From an uncultured Veillonellaceae bacterium (GTDB lineage: Bacteria; Bacillota; Negativicutes; JARBTT01): a stretch of DNA of 64,000 bases. The stretch is from positions 576,001-640,000 of the forward strand of contig CAWDTA010000005.1 of assembly GCA_963805085.1 (NCBI GenBank). The letters run 5' to 3'. The notes under the pieces were generated by a model. The model saw nothing but the letters and a program-made list of their open reading frames with translations, had not been told where the DNA came from and ran no database searches. Position 1 is the first letter of the stretch. Each line of letters opens with the position of its first letter. The position numbers and the translations under genes are program-made. This document shows, one piece after another, positions 1 through 9,997 of the stretch.

Positions 1-1
1 A

Positions 2-601
2 TGCTCTTGTGTCTCTGTACATGGGGCAAATCGTTTAGGTGGTAACTCGTTAAGCGAAATAGTTTTATTCGGTAAAACAGCTGGTGCTGGCGCGACTACC
101 TATGCAAAAAAAGCTGGCTATGTTGGCGATAAAGCTGCATTGACTGCATCGCTTGATAAATGGAATAAAAACTTCGAAGAAGTAACAAATAGAACAGCTG
201 GTCCAAGGGTTGCAGAAATTCGTGATAAAATGGCAGCTGCAATGTGGTATAAAGCAGGGGTTTATCGTGAAGAAGCACAATTGCAAGAAGGGCTAAAAGA
301 AATTGATTCTTTAATTCAAGAATATAAAAACTGTTACGTTGGTGATACGAGTAGAACTTATAATACAGCATTTATGAATTATATTGAAGTTGGCAATCTT
401 CTGATGATATCCAAGGCAATTATTATGGGAGCAATTGCTCGGAAAGAAAGCCGTGGCGGTCATTCACGGAAAGATTTCCCAGAACGTGATGATAAAAACT
501 TCTTAAAACATACGATTATTAGTAAGGTTGGCGATAAATTTACAACCGATTATCGTGACGTTGTTATTACGAAATATAAACCAGCAGAAAGGAAGTATTA
601 A
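2..601 (+). CDS. sdhA: Succinate dehydrogenase/fumarate reductase flavoprotein, C-terminal part (5' end outside window)
   Basis: Frame open from nt 2: CSCVSVHGANRLGGNSLSE, later ESRGGHSRKDFPERDD, ending in ERKY. Confidence 0.93.
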   Translation, partial: CSCVSVHGANRLGGNSLSEIVLFGKTAGAGATTYAKKAGYVGDKAALTASLDKWNKNFEEVTNRTAGPRVAEIRDKMAAAMWYKAGVYREEAQLQEGLKEIDSLIQEYKNCYVGDTSRTYNTAFMNYIEVGNLLMISKAIIMGAIARKESRGGHSRKDFPERDDKNFLKHTIISKVGDKFTTDYRDVVITKYKPAERKY

Positions 602-603
602 TC

Positions 604-1554
604 ATGGCGGTTACTTTAAATATTCATCGTAAATTAGATGAAAAAAAATGGGTGCAGGAATATACGGTTGAACTTGAAAAAGGAATGACCATTTTAGCGG
701 CATTAAACAAAATAAAAGAAACCATTGATCCGACCTTATCTTTTACAGCATCTTGTCGTTCTAGTATTTGTGGTGCTTGCGCTGTAAGGGTGAATGGTAA
801 TGCAGAACTTGCTTGTGAAATATTGCTTGCTGATTTAATAAAACGTTATAAAACAGAAACGTTTACGATCGAGCCACTTGGTAATTTTAGAGTGATTCGT
901 GATTTAATTGTGGATTGGGATCCTAAATATGAAAAAATGAAAAAGATTAAACCAGTGTTACAACCGAAGCACGAATTCAGTCCAGAAAAAGGTTGTAAAC
1001 AATCTATTGAGGATTTCAAAAAGTATAGTAAGTATGCAGAATGTATTTTATGTGGTTCTTGCGTCTCAGAATGTAATAAATCTACCGTAAATAATAAAGA
1101 TTTCTTGGATCCATTCATTTTTGTAAAAGCAGAGAAATTGGTTGCCGATTCTCGTGATAGAGAGCCAAAAGAACATTTACAAGCTGTTGTAAATGAAGGT
1201 TTGTGGAAATGTATGAATTGTCAGGAATGTACCACAAAATGTCCAAAAGGACTTGATCCTGCTGGGGCAATTGAAAAATTGTGTGAGGCAACCTTTAAAC
1301 TGGACTTATTAGGTAGCAGTGTTGGTTCAAATCATGCCAAAGCACTTTACGATGATATTTATAATACAGGTCGTTTAGATGAATCTAAGCTTTCCATTCA
1401 ATCTGAAGGTTTGGTATCAGCAGCGCTTCGGGCTCCTTTTGCAATGAGATTGATGAAAACTGGAAAATTAGATCCATTTGAAAAAGTACCAGTGAATCCA
1501 GAAATCAATAAAATTCGCGACATTTTAAATAACGCAAAGAAGGAGGAAAAATAA
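604..1554 (+). CDS. sdhB: Succinate dehydrogenase/fumarate reductase Fe-S subunit (type E-like)
   Basis: CRSSICGAC [2Fe-2S] motif; two full CxxCxxCxxxC motifs (CILCGSCVSEC, CMNCQECTTKCP); C-terminal extension. Confidence 0.92.
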   Translation: MAVTLNIHRKLDEKKWVQEYTVELEKGMTILAALNKIKETIDPTLSFTASCRSSICGACAVRVNGNAELACEILLADLIKRYKTETFTIEPLGNFRVIRDLIVDWDPKYEKMKKIKPVLQPKHEFSPEKGCKQSIEDFKKYSKYAECILCGSCVSECNKSTVNNKDFLDPFIFVKAEKLVADSRDREPKEHLQAVVNEGLWKCMNCQECTTKCPKGLDPAGAIEKLCEATFKLDLLGSSVGSNHAKALYDDIYNTGRLDESKLSIQSEGLVSAALRAPFAMRLMKTGKLDPFEKVPVNPEINKIRDILNNAKKEEK

Positions 1555-2412
1555 ATGAAATATGCATTTTTCCCAGGCTGTGTATTAAAAGGCGCGGCAA
1601 AAGAAGCTTATATGGCAACTACAAAAGTTACTGAAAAATTAGGAATTGAACTTGTTGAAATTCCTAACTGGACTTGCTGTGGCGCATCACATGCACAAGG
1701 TGTTGACGAGTTAGCATTACTTGCAATCAATGCACGTAATATTGCAATTGCTGAACAAATGGGATTACCTGTTTTAACAGTATGTAATACTTGTACGCTT
1801 CAATTACGTCAAGCAAAAGCAAAACTAGATGGTGATGCAAAATTAAAAGCAAAAGTAAATGAAATTTTAGCGAAATCTGGCTATGAATATAAAGGAACTT
1901 CCGAAGTAACACATTTACTTTGGGTATTGGCATCAAATCCGCAAATTTTTGATGGTAAAATAACAAAACCATTAAAGGATTTAAAAGTTGCAGGATATTA
2001 TGGCTGTCATCTTGTACGTCCACCTAAAATCATGAATTATGAAGATGGAAGAAATCCTGAATCATTAGAAAAAGTAATTCGGTTACTTGGGGCAACCCCA
2101 GTAGAGTTTGATTACAAATTAAAATGCTGTGGTTTCCATGCCTTCTTTACTGCCGAAAGAGATGTGATGACAGTAACTGGGCAAGCTGTAGACAGCGCAG
2201 AAAAAGCTGGTGCTGATTTGATGGTTACTCCATGCCCACTTTGTCAGATGCAATTGGATATGTATCAACCAGAAGGACGAGCTGCAGTTAGGACAGCGAC
2301 AGAAATTCCTGTGCTTCATTTACCCCAATTGATTGGTTTAGCTATGGGAATGAGCAAGGAAGATATGGGTATTAACTACCATATTTCAGCAGTAGATAAA
2401 ATTAAAGGATAA
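1555..2412 (+). CDS. CCG-domain (HdrB-like) SdhE/MfrE-type membrane-anchor subunit
   Basis: FFPGC, WTCCG, YYGC, KCCG and TPCPLC motifs; directly follows sdhB stop. Confidence 0.88.
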   Translation: MKYAFFPGCVLKGAAKEAYMATTKVTEKLGIELVEIPNWTCCGASHAQGVDELALLAINARNIAIAEQMGLPVLTVCNTCTLQLRQAKAKLDGDAKLKAKVNEILAKSGYEYKGTSEVTHLLWVLASNPQIFDGKITKPLKDLKVAGYYGCHLVRPPKIMNYEDGRNPESLEKVIRLLGATPVEFDYKLKCCGFHAFFTAERDVMTVTGQAVDSAEKAGADLMVTPCPLCQMQLDMYQPEGRAAVRTATEIPVLHLPQLIGLAMGMSKEDMGINYHISAVDKIKG

Positions 2413-2419
2413 TCTTTTC

Positions 2420-2453
2420 TTTGAGGACGAGGTTTTGCTCGTCCTCAAACTTT
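2420..2453 (+). terminator. Probable intrinsic terminator after the sdh operon
   Basis: 12-bp perfect stem TTTGAGGACGAG/CTCGTCCTCAAA; short U tail. Confidence 0.65.
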
Positions 2454-2625
2454 AAATAAGTGATGAAAAATGCCAATATACTAAACTGAAGTTCTATATT
2501 ATTTTTCAAATGTATGAAAATGAGTTGCTTGGCAGATATTAAGAAAATAAACAAAGTTAAATCAGTGGATATTAATTGCTAAATAGTTTATTATAGTGTA
2601 AAATATTAAGAGATTTAGCTTGTAG

Positions 2626-3606
2626 GTGATAAATTTGTCGAAAAACTCAATGTTTAATATTGTGAAAAAAGATTTAGAAGTATTAGAAGAAGAAATGCTT
2701 TCAGTCATATATTCACCAATAGAATTAATTACGAATATAGGAACTCATTTAATAGAGGCGGGCGGAAAAAGATTGCGTCCAGCTCTTTATTTTTTGGCTA
2801 CGCGTTGCAAGGAAATAGAAGGCAAGAATTTGATGCCGCTTGCAGTAGCGATTGAAATGATTCATATGGCGACATTGGTGCATGATGATGTGATTGATAG
2901 TGCGGCGACCAGACGAGGAAATGCAACTGCCAATGCGAAGTGGGGCAATCAATTATCCATATTAAGTGGTGATTACTTATTTGCCAAAGCATTTTCCTTA
3001 GTTGCAAAGAACGGTTATAGTAGCCAGGTTATGGTTATTCTATCTGATATTATTTGTGATTTAAGTGAAGGTGAAATTATTCAAAATAAGGAAACGTTCA
3101 AAGCCTCAGAAGATAAGGTAGAATACTATGATCGTATTGCTAAGAAAACAGCTAATTTTATTGCGGCGAGTTGTCAACTTGGCGGAATTGTTACAGGTCT
3201 GAATGAGGAAGAAGTAGAGGCTTTGCGTGAATATGGGTATGCCATTGGTATGGCATTTCAAATTACGGACGATATCCTTGATTTAACTGCGACCTCTGCG
3301 CAAATTGGTAAGCCAGCAGGTAATGACATTTTACAAGGTATTGTGACGTTACCAGTGATTCATGCGCTTAGTGTGAGTCCTGATGCCGAAGAGTTGCGAA
3401 TGATCGTTACGACTCGCGACATGGACGAACAGCTGTTAAAGCGCGGGCTTGAAATCGTTCATGCAACGGATGCGATAGAATATTCTTATGCTAAAGTGAA
3501 AGAATACTTAGATAAAGCACGTAGCGTATTACCAAACTCTATTTCAGAAGAAATTAGAGAAACCTATGTAACTGTAGCAGATTTTATTGCGATGAGAGAA
3601 TTTTAG
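2626..3606 (+). CDS. Long-chain polyprenyl diphosphate synthase
   Basis: GGKRLRP, HDDVID (FARM) preceded by small residues, DDILD (SARM). Confidence 0.9.
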   Translation: MINLSKNSMFNIVKKDLEVLEEEMLSVIYSPIELITNIGTHLIEAGGKRLRPALYFLATRCKEIEGKNLMPLAVAIEMIHMATLVHDDVIDSAATRRGNATANAKWGNQLSILSGDYLFAKAFSLVAKNGYSSQVMVILSDIICDLSEGEIIQNKETFKASEDKVEYYDRIAKKTANFIAASCQLGGIVTGLNEEEVEALREYGYAIGMAFQITDDILDLTATSAQIGKPAGNDILQGIVTLPVIHALSVSPDAEELRMIVTTRDMDEQLLKRGLEIVHATDAIEYSYAKVKEYLDKARSVLPNSISEEIRETYVTVADFIAMREF

Positions 3607-3654
3607 TTATTTTATTAAAATTTTTATAATTCTATATGATGGAGGTAGTTCATT

Positions 3655-3861
3655 ATGCATGGTATTGGTATTCCAGAAATACTTGTTGTTCTAGTTATTG
3701 GATTGGTTTTCTTTGGTCCAGGTAAGTTGCCTGAATTTGGTAAATCACTTGGCAATAGTATCAATGAATTTAAAAAAGCTCTTTCTGGAGAGACAAAGAG
3801 TAGTGAGCCAACAAAAACAGAAGTAACAAAAGACGAATCTAATAAAACAGAAGCAAAATAA
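3655..3861 (+). CDS. tatA: Tat translocase TatA/E subunit, copy 1
   Basis: IGIPEILVVLVIGLVFFGPGKLPEFGKSLG..INEFKKA; GGAGG RBS. Confidence 0.92.
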   Translation: MHGIGIPEILVVLVIGLVFFGPGKLPEFGKSLGNSINEFKKALSGETKSSEPTKTEVTKDESNKTEAK

Positions 3862-3997
3862 TTTAAATTAATTCTTTGTAAAATTGTCTTTGTTTATTAC
3901 AAGGACAATTTTTTATTATATATATTTATGTTTCGTTGTGTTTTTATTAGTGAAATTGTATAATAGAATCAAATGTAGAAAGATGGAGGTTTTTATT

Positions 3998-4225
3998 ATG
4001 TTTGGTATTGGTATGCCTGAATTAATCTTAATTTTAATTATTGGTTTGGTGGTATTTGGTCCAGGAAAATTGCCAGAAGTGGGAAGAGCAGTAGGAAAAA
4101 GCTTGAATGAATTTAAAAAAGCTACTTCAGGAATTACGGGTAGCGATGAACAAGTAAATGTTACAAAAGCAGAAACAAAGAGTGAGCCAGTGAAAAGCGA
4201 ACCTACTAAGCCAGATGTGAAGTGA
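3998..4225 (+). CDS. tatA: Tat translocase TatA/E subunit, copy 2
   Basis: Start moved to ATG 3998 after GGAGG; MFGIGMPELILILIIGLVVFGPGKLPEVG. Confidence 0.92.
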   Translation: MFGIGMPELILILIIGLVVFGPGKLPEVGRAVGKSLNEFKKATSGITGSDEQVNVTKAETKSEPVKSEPTKPDVK

Positions 4226-4235
4226 GGTTTGATTG

Positions 4236-5006
4236 ATGTCAGAAGAGACAACAGAGTCGACTTATGAAGATTATGTGGAGGATCATACGCCAAAACAGAT
4301 CGAAGAACAGCAGCGGGGCAACATGTCATTGCTTAAACACTTAGATGAATTAAGGACTAGATTAATTAGTTCATTCATTGCGATTGGTATTTGTAGTGCT
4401 ATTTCTTATTTTTTTGTAGAGGAAATCGTACATTTTATTACTGCCCCGGCGGGGAAATTATATTACATGCAACCAGCAGAGGCATTTTTTACTTTTTTAA
4501 AAGTGTCATTGTTTTCAGGCTTTTTAATGAGTTTACCAGTGATTGTGTATAATGTATGGGTATTTTTTTTACCAGCACTTACACCGAAAGAGAAAGCTAC
4601 GATTGGAATATTAGTACCGGCTTCGGTGCTTTTATTTTTTACAGGAATAGCATTTTCTTATTATTTTGTTTTACCGGCAGGAATTAAGTTTTTCTTAGGT
4701 TTTGCCAGTGCTGATTTGCAACCGTTACTTTCGATAGGAAAGTATTTAGATTTTGTAGTGGCATTTTTATTGCCGTTTGGTTTTATTTTTGAGTTACCAT
4801 TGGTCATTATGGTTTTAGCAAAAATTGGGTTAGTTACATCAGCTTTTTTGCGAAAACAAAGAAAGATGCTTATCTTTTTATCTTTTGTCATTGGAGCGGT
4901 AATATCGCCGACACCAGATATGTTTTCGCAAACGATGATCGCGGTGCCAATTATCTTGTTATATGAAATCAGTATTATTATTGTTAGATTTATTTTGAGA
5001 AAATAG
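4236..5006 (+). CDS. tatC: Tat translocase TatC
   Basis: MSLLKHLDELRTRL, FELP, SPTPD motifs; multiple TM segments. Confidence 0.95.
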   Translation: MSEETTESTYEDYVEDHTPKQIEEQQRGNMSLLKHLDELRTRLISSFIAIGICSAISYFFVEEIVHFITAPAGKLYYMQPAEAFFTFLKVSLFSGFLMSLPVIVYNVWVFFLPALTPKEKATIGILVPASVLLFFTGIAFSYYFVLPAGIKFFLGFASADLQPLLSIGKYLDFVVAFLLPFGFIFELPLVIMVLAKIGLVTSAFLRKQRKMLIFLSFVIGAVISPTPDMFSQTMIAVPIILLYEISIIIVRFILRK

Positions 5007-5026
5007 TTGAGAGGAGCGCTTGAGGC

Positions 5027-6487
5027 GTGGCTTTTAAGGATCTAAGAGAATTTATCGAAGAATTGGATAATCGTGGTTTATTAAAACGTATTGCAACACC
5101 AGTTGATTGTGAATTAGAAATCACGGAAATTACGGATCGTGTTTCTAAAATGGAAGGCGATAAAAATATTGCATTATTATTTGAGAACGTAAAAGGCTAT
5201 GATATGCCTGTGCTTATGAATGCGTTTGGTAGCATGGAACGTATGGCAATTGCCTTTGGTGTAGAAAAAGTCGATGATATTGCCGATGAAATAAGAGAAA
5301 TTTTAAAGTTGCCTTATATTTCTCTGCAAAATAAATTAGATTTATTGAGTATTATTCCGACGGCAAAACGTGCCATTAATTTTCCTAAGTACGTGAAAAA
5401 TGCTCCTTGTAAAGAAGTCATCATCAAAGATCAACCTTCATTGGACAAGTTTCCAATTCTAAAATGTTGGCCGGATGATGGTGGTAAGTTCATTACGCTG
5501 CCATTGGTATTTACTAAAAATCCGAAAACTGGTAAACGTAATGTGGGGATGTATCGCCTGCAAAAATATGATGATAAAACGACTGGTATGCATTGGCATA
5601 TACATAAAAATGGTGCCGAAAACTTCCGCGATCACAAGGAATTGGGTAAAGATCGTATTGAAGTTGCCGTTGCGATTGGTACTGATCCAGTGTTAACGTA
5701 TGCAGCGACTGCACCACTACCACGTGATATTGATGAAATGGTATTCGCAGGGATGCTTCGTAAGAAGTCAGTGGAAATGATTAAATGTGAAACTGTAGAT
5801 GTTGAAGTACCAGCGCATTGTGAAATTGTCTTAGAAGGTTATGTAATGTTGGATGAATTGAGACGGGAAGGTCCATTTGGCGACCATACGGGTTATTATT
5901 CACTAGCGGATAATTATCCAGTATTCCACATTACTTGCATTACGCATCGCAAAAATCCAATTTATTTATCAACGATTGTTGGTAAACCGCCAATGGAGGA
6001 TTGTTATATTGCGAAAGCGACAGAACGGATTTTCTTACCGTTCTTACAAATGCAAATGCCTGAAATTGTCGATATGAATTTGCCTCTTGAAGGTGTATTT
6101 CATAACTGTGCAATGATTTCTATTAAGAAATCTTTCCCTCAACATGCAAAAAAAATAATGCATGCAGTCTGGGGCATGGGGCAAATGATGTTTACAAAAA
6201 TGATTATCATCGTAGATGAACACGTTGATGTACAAGATACAAAAGAGGTCTGGTGGCGTGTATTCAATAACATTGATGCAAGACGTGATATCGTCATGGT
6301 TGACGGACCACTTGATGTACTTGATCATTCTTCACCAATGCCAAATTGGGGAACAAAAGTCGGGATTGATGCTACGAAAACCTGGCCGTCAGAAGGAAAT
6401 CAGCGTGAATGGCCAGATGAAATAAAAATGACAGAAGATGTTAAAAAGATAGTTGATAGTAAGTGGAAGGAACTTGGTTTTGAGTAA
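5027..6487 (+). CDS. UbiD-family prFMN decarboxylase (MqnL-like, menaquinone pathway)
   Basis: NVGMYRLQ, EGPFGDHTGYY, GKPPMED, GIDAT motifs. Confidence 0.88.
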   Translation: MAFKDLREFIEELDNRGLLKRIATPVDCELEITEITDRVSKMEGDKNIALLFENVKGYDMPVLMNAFGSMERMAIAFGVEKVDDIADEIREILKLPYISLQNKLDLLSIIPTAKRAINFPKYVKNAPCKEVIIKDQPSLDKFPILKCWPDDGGKFITLPLVFTKNPKTGKRNVGMYRLQKYDDKTTGMHWHIHKNGAENFRDHKELGKDRIEVAVAIGTDPVLTYAATAPLPRDIDEMVFAGMLRKKSVEMIKCETVDVEVPAHCEIVLEGYVMLDELRREGPFGDHTGYYSLADNYPVFHITCITHRKNPIYLSTIVGKPPMEDCYIAKATERIFLPFLQMQMPEIVDMNLPLEGVFHNCAMISIKKSFPQHAKKIMHAVWGMGQMMFTKMIIIVDEHVDVQDTKEVWWRVFNNIDARRDIVMVDGPLDVLDHSSPMPNWGTKVGIDATKTWPSEGNQREWPDEIKMTEDVKKIVDSKWKELGFE

Positions 6488-7328
6488 GTTATCAGCCCAC
6501 GTGAATAACATGGCCTTACATCATTCAGTTTTTGCATTACCGTTTGCTTATATGGGTGCATTTTTGGCAACTGATGGTATTCCTACTTGGTCAAATATTA
6601 TTTGGATTACGATTGCCATGATTGGCGCACGTAGTGCGGCTATGGCGTTAAATAATCTTATTGATTTAAAATATGATAAAATTCATCCGCGGTTTACAAA
6701 ACGTCCGATGGTGACAGGGGAAGTAAAACGCTGGGAAGCAATTGCCTTAATTGTTGTTAGTTTTCTTGTCTTTATTGTAGCGGCTTTACATTTAGCACCA
6801 ATTTGTGTAAAAGTTGCACCAATTGCAGTTTTTCCGTTTGTGATTTATCCTTATATGAAACGCATTACTCCTTATTGTCATTTGGTACTTGGATTAGCAT
6901 TAGCGATGGCACCAATTGGTGGCTGGGTTGCCGTAAAGAGCGAATTGTCTTTGCCGATTCTTTGTCTTGGCACTGCTGTTGCTGTTTGGATTGCAGGTTT
7001 TGATGTGATTTATGGTTGTCAAGATGTTGAGTTTGATAAAGAGCATGACCTAAATTCTATGGCAACTCGTTTTACGGTAGCAGGGGCACTGAAAATAGCC
7101 AAGCTGATGCATTTAATTAGCATTATTTGCTTTATCGCTGTTGGTGTGCTTTTAAATTTAACCTCAATTTATTATATTGGGGTTCTGATTGCGATGATTA
7201 CCCTTGTTTATCAACATTCGATTGTTAGTGCAAATGATCTATCAAGAGTAACACAAGTGTATTTTATGCGTAATGGTGTTGTTGGTATTTCCGTATTTCT
7301 ATTTACATTTGCAAGCCTTGTTTTGTAG
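6480..7328 (+). CDS. UbiA-family polyprenyltransferase (MqnP-like)
   Basis: HSVFALPFA, RSAAMALNNLID..D, YPYMKR, GFDVIYGCQD; TTG start overlaps upstream stop. Confidence 0.87.
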   Translation: MSKLSAHVNNMALHHSVFALPFAYMGAFLATDGIPTWSNIIWITIAMIGARSAAMALNNLIDLKYDKIHPRFTKRPMVTGEVKRWEAIALIVVSFLVFIVAALHLAPICVKVAPIAVFPFVIYPYMKRITPYCHLVLGLALAMAPIGGWVAVKSELSLPILCLGTAVAVWIAGFDVIYGCQDVEFDKEHDLNSMATRFTVAGALKIAKLMHLISIICFIAVGVLLNLTSIYYIGVLIAMITLVYQHSIVSANDLSRVTQVYFMRNGVVGISVFLFTFASLVL

Positions 7329-7382
7329 TGCTACAGAAATATGTTGATAGCATACAACAATAAATGATGAGTGAGGTTAACT

Positions 7383-8246
7383 ATGACAGCTAGAGTATTA
7401 GAAGGCAAAGTGTTTGCCAATCAAATAAAAGAAACTGTAAAAAATGATATTGTAGCATTAAAAGAAGAATTTGGTGTGACACCTGGATTGGCTGTCATTA
7501 TCGTTGGTGAAAATCCAGCATCAAGAGTTTATGTTGCAAATAAGCATCGTTCTTGTGGTGATGTTGGGATGTATTCTGAAGTGATAGAAATGCCAGCGGA
7601 TAGCACCAAAGAACAATTGTTAAATAAAATTGCCGAGCTTAACCAATCTGAAAATATTCATGGCATCTTAGTTCAATTGCCGCTTCCAAAGCATATGCGT
7701 GCCGATGAAACAGAAATTTTGAATTTTATTGATCCTGACAAAGATGTTGATGGTTTTCATCCGGTGAATGTTGGTAAGTTATCCATCGGTCAAGAACATC
7801 TTGTGCCGTGTACTCCACTTGGCTGTATTAAAATGTTGGAGCTTGCTGGTATCGATGTTGCAGGTAAACATGCCGTGATCATCGGTCGGAGTAATATCGT
7901 TGGCAAACCAATGTTTAATTTACTATTATCGCGTAATGCTACGGTTACCGTATGTCATTCTTGGACGAAAGATTTAGCAAGTGTTACAAAAGAAGCGGAT
8001 CTTTTAGTGGTAGCAATTGGCAAGCCAAATTTTGTAACTGCTGAAATGATAAAACCAGGTGCAGTTGTTATTGATGTAGGGATTAATCGTATTGCCCCTA
8101 AAAAATTAGCCGGTGATGTTGATTTCGAACAGGTAAAAGAAGTGGCAGGTGCGATTACGCCAGTTCCTGGTGGTGTAGGTTTGCTTACAATTGCAATGCT
8201 GATGCATAATACGGTAAAAGCTGCGCGTATTCAATTAAGAAAATAA
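7383..8246 (+). CDS. folD: Methylene-THF dehydrogenase/cyclohydrolase
   Basis: GILVQLPLP, KDVDG, PCTP, GRSNIVGKP, TPVPGGVG. Confidence 0.96.
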   Translation: MTARVLEGKVFANQIKETVKNDIVALKEEFGVTPGLAVIIVGENPASRVYVANKHRSCGDVGMYSEVIEMPADSTKEQLLNKIAELNQSENIHGILVQLPLPKHMRADETEILNFIDPDKDVDGFHPVNVGKLSIGQEHLVPCTPLGCIKMLELAGIDVAGKHAVIIGRSNIVGKPMFNLLLSRNATVTVCHSWTKDLASVTKEADLLVVAIGKPNFVTAEMIKPGAVVIDVGINRIAPKKLAGDVDFEQVKEVAGAITPVPGGVGLLTIAMLMHNTVKAARIQLRK

Positions 8247-8296
8247 TGATTTGTTTGAATCGTTTATAATTAAGCTTTATATTTAGGAGGGCCATT

Positions 8297-9964
8297 ATGA
8301 AAAGTGATGTTGAAATAGCGCAAGAGGCAGTGATTCAACCAATCATTGATATCGCCAAACAATTAGATATTCCCGAATCAGAACTAGAATTATATGGTCG
8401 TTATAAGACCAAAGTTTCTTTGTCTACATGGGAGCGTATCAAAGAAAATGAAAATGGTAAATTAATTTTAGTGAGTGCTATTAATCCAACTGCTGCAGGA
8501 GAAGGTAAAACTACTACTAGTGTGGGATTAAGTGACGCTCTTCGCAAAATTGGCAAGAAATCTATTGTTACGCTTCGTGAACCATCGCTTGGACCATGTT
8601 TCGGAATGAAAGGTGGCGCAGCTGGCGGTGGTTATGCGCAAGTTGTGCCAATGGAGGATATCAATCTTCATTTTACTGGTGATTTTCATGCGATTACTTC
8701 AGCTCATAATTTACTTGCAGCGGTAATTGATAATCACATGCAACAAGGGAATGAACTACAGATTGATAATCGTCGGATTACATGGCGGCGTGTTGTCGAC
8801 TTAAATGATCGTGCTTTACGTAATATTGTTTGTGGTATGGGTGGCAAGGCACATGGTATTCCACGGGAAACTGGTTTTGATATTACTGTAGCCTCAGAAA
8901 TGATGGCTATCCTTTGTTTAGCAAAAGATTTAGATGATATGAAAGAACGCATAGGTAAAATCATTGTTGCTTATACCTATGGCGGTAGACCAATTAGAGC
9001 AAAAGAATTAAATGTAACTGGTGCACTCACTTTGTTATTTAAAGATGCGATTAAGCCAAACTTAGTACAAACCTTAGAAGGTACGCCTGCCTTTGTTCAT
9101 GGTGGACCATTTGCCAATATTGCGCATGGTTGTAATAGTATTATGGCTACGAAATTCGCGCTTAAATTAGCCGATGTTGTCGTTACGGAAGCCGGCTTTG
9201 GGGCTGATCTTGGGGCTGAAAAGTTTCTAGATATCAAATGCCGTTTTGCTGGGATCAAGCCGGATGCGGTTGTTCTCGTAGCAACTGTACGCGCTTTAAA
9301 AATGCATGGTGGTATGGAAAAAACAGAACTTGGTACTGTTGATATGGCAGCGCTAGAAGCTGGACTCGCGAATTTAACAAAGCATATTGAAAATATGAAA
9401 AAATTTGGTTTGCCAACAGTTGTTGCCATTAATGCATTTCCTACAGATACTGAAGATGAATTGAAATTTGTAGAAGCAAAATGTAATGAAATGGGTGCAG
9501 AAGTTGCAATTTCTGAAGTATGGGCAAAAGGTGGCCTAGGCGGCGTAGACCTTGCGAAAAAAGTAATAGCGGCTACGGAAAAGCCAAGTAGTTTTCAATA
9601 TTTATATGATGTAGAGGCAACGATTGAAGAAAAAATTGAAATCATTGCCCGAGAAATATATGGTGCTGACGGTGTAGACTATACGGTAGCAGCTAAGAAA
9701 ACGATCAAAGAATTGACGGAACTTGGACTTACGAATACACCGATTTGTATGGCGAAGACACAATATTCGTTTACAGATGATCAAACAAAACTTGGCCGTC
9801 CAACTGACTTTAAAATTACAGTTCGTGAAATTAAGATTGCCGCTGGTGCAGGCTTTATTGTTGCAATGACTGGTAATATTTTAACAATGCCGGGATTACC
9901 AAAAGTTCCAGCAGCGGAAAAAATGAACATTACAAATGATGGAAAAATTACTGGCTTATTCTAA
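8297..9964 (+). CDS. fhs: Formate-tetrahydrofolate ligase
   Basis: [43 protein letters not shown]. Confidence 0.97.
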   Translation: MKSDVEIAQEAVIQPIIDIAKQLDIPESELELYGRYKTKVSLSTWERIKENENGKLILVSAINPTAAGEGKTTTSVGLSDALRKIGKKSIVTLREPSLGPCFGMKGGAAGGGYAQVVPMEDINLHFTGDFHAITSAHNLLAAVIDNHMQQGNELQIDNRRITWRRVVDLNDRALRNIVCGMGGKAHGIPRETGFDITVASEMMAILCLAKDLDDMKERIGKIIVAYTYGGRPIRAKELNVTGALTLLFKDAIKPNLVQTLEGTPAFVHGGPFANIAHGCNSIMATKFALKLADVVVTEAGFGADLGAEKFLDIKCRFAGIKPDAVVLVATVRALKMHGGMEKTELGTVDMAALEAGLANLTKHIENMKKFGLPTVVAINAFPTDTEDELKFVEAKCNEMGAEVAISEVWAKGGLGGVDLAKKVIAATEKPSSFQYLYDVEATIEEKIEIIAREIYGADGVDYTVAAKKTIKELTELGLTNTPICMAKTQYSFTDDQTKLGRPTDFKITVREIKIAAGAGFIVAMTGNILTMPGLPKVPAAEKMNITNDGKITGLF

Positions 9965-9997
9965 AAGAAAGCTTTTACTTTCATAGGGAGGTTGAAT

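Noticed and set aside
1555-2412. True heterodisulfide reductase B
   Set aside because: Coupled to sdhAB with no hdrA/hdrC; fits an SdhE-type anchor better.
7371-8296. ZTP or THF riboswitch ahead of folD/fhs; FolD HSWT variant
   Set aside because: Intergenic gaps of about 50 nt are too short; that FolD position varies between homologues and GRS is intact.
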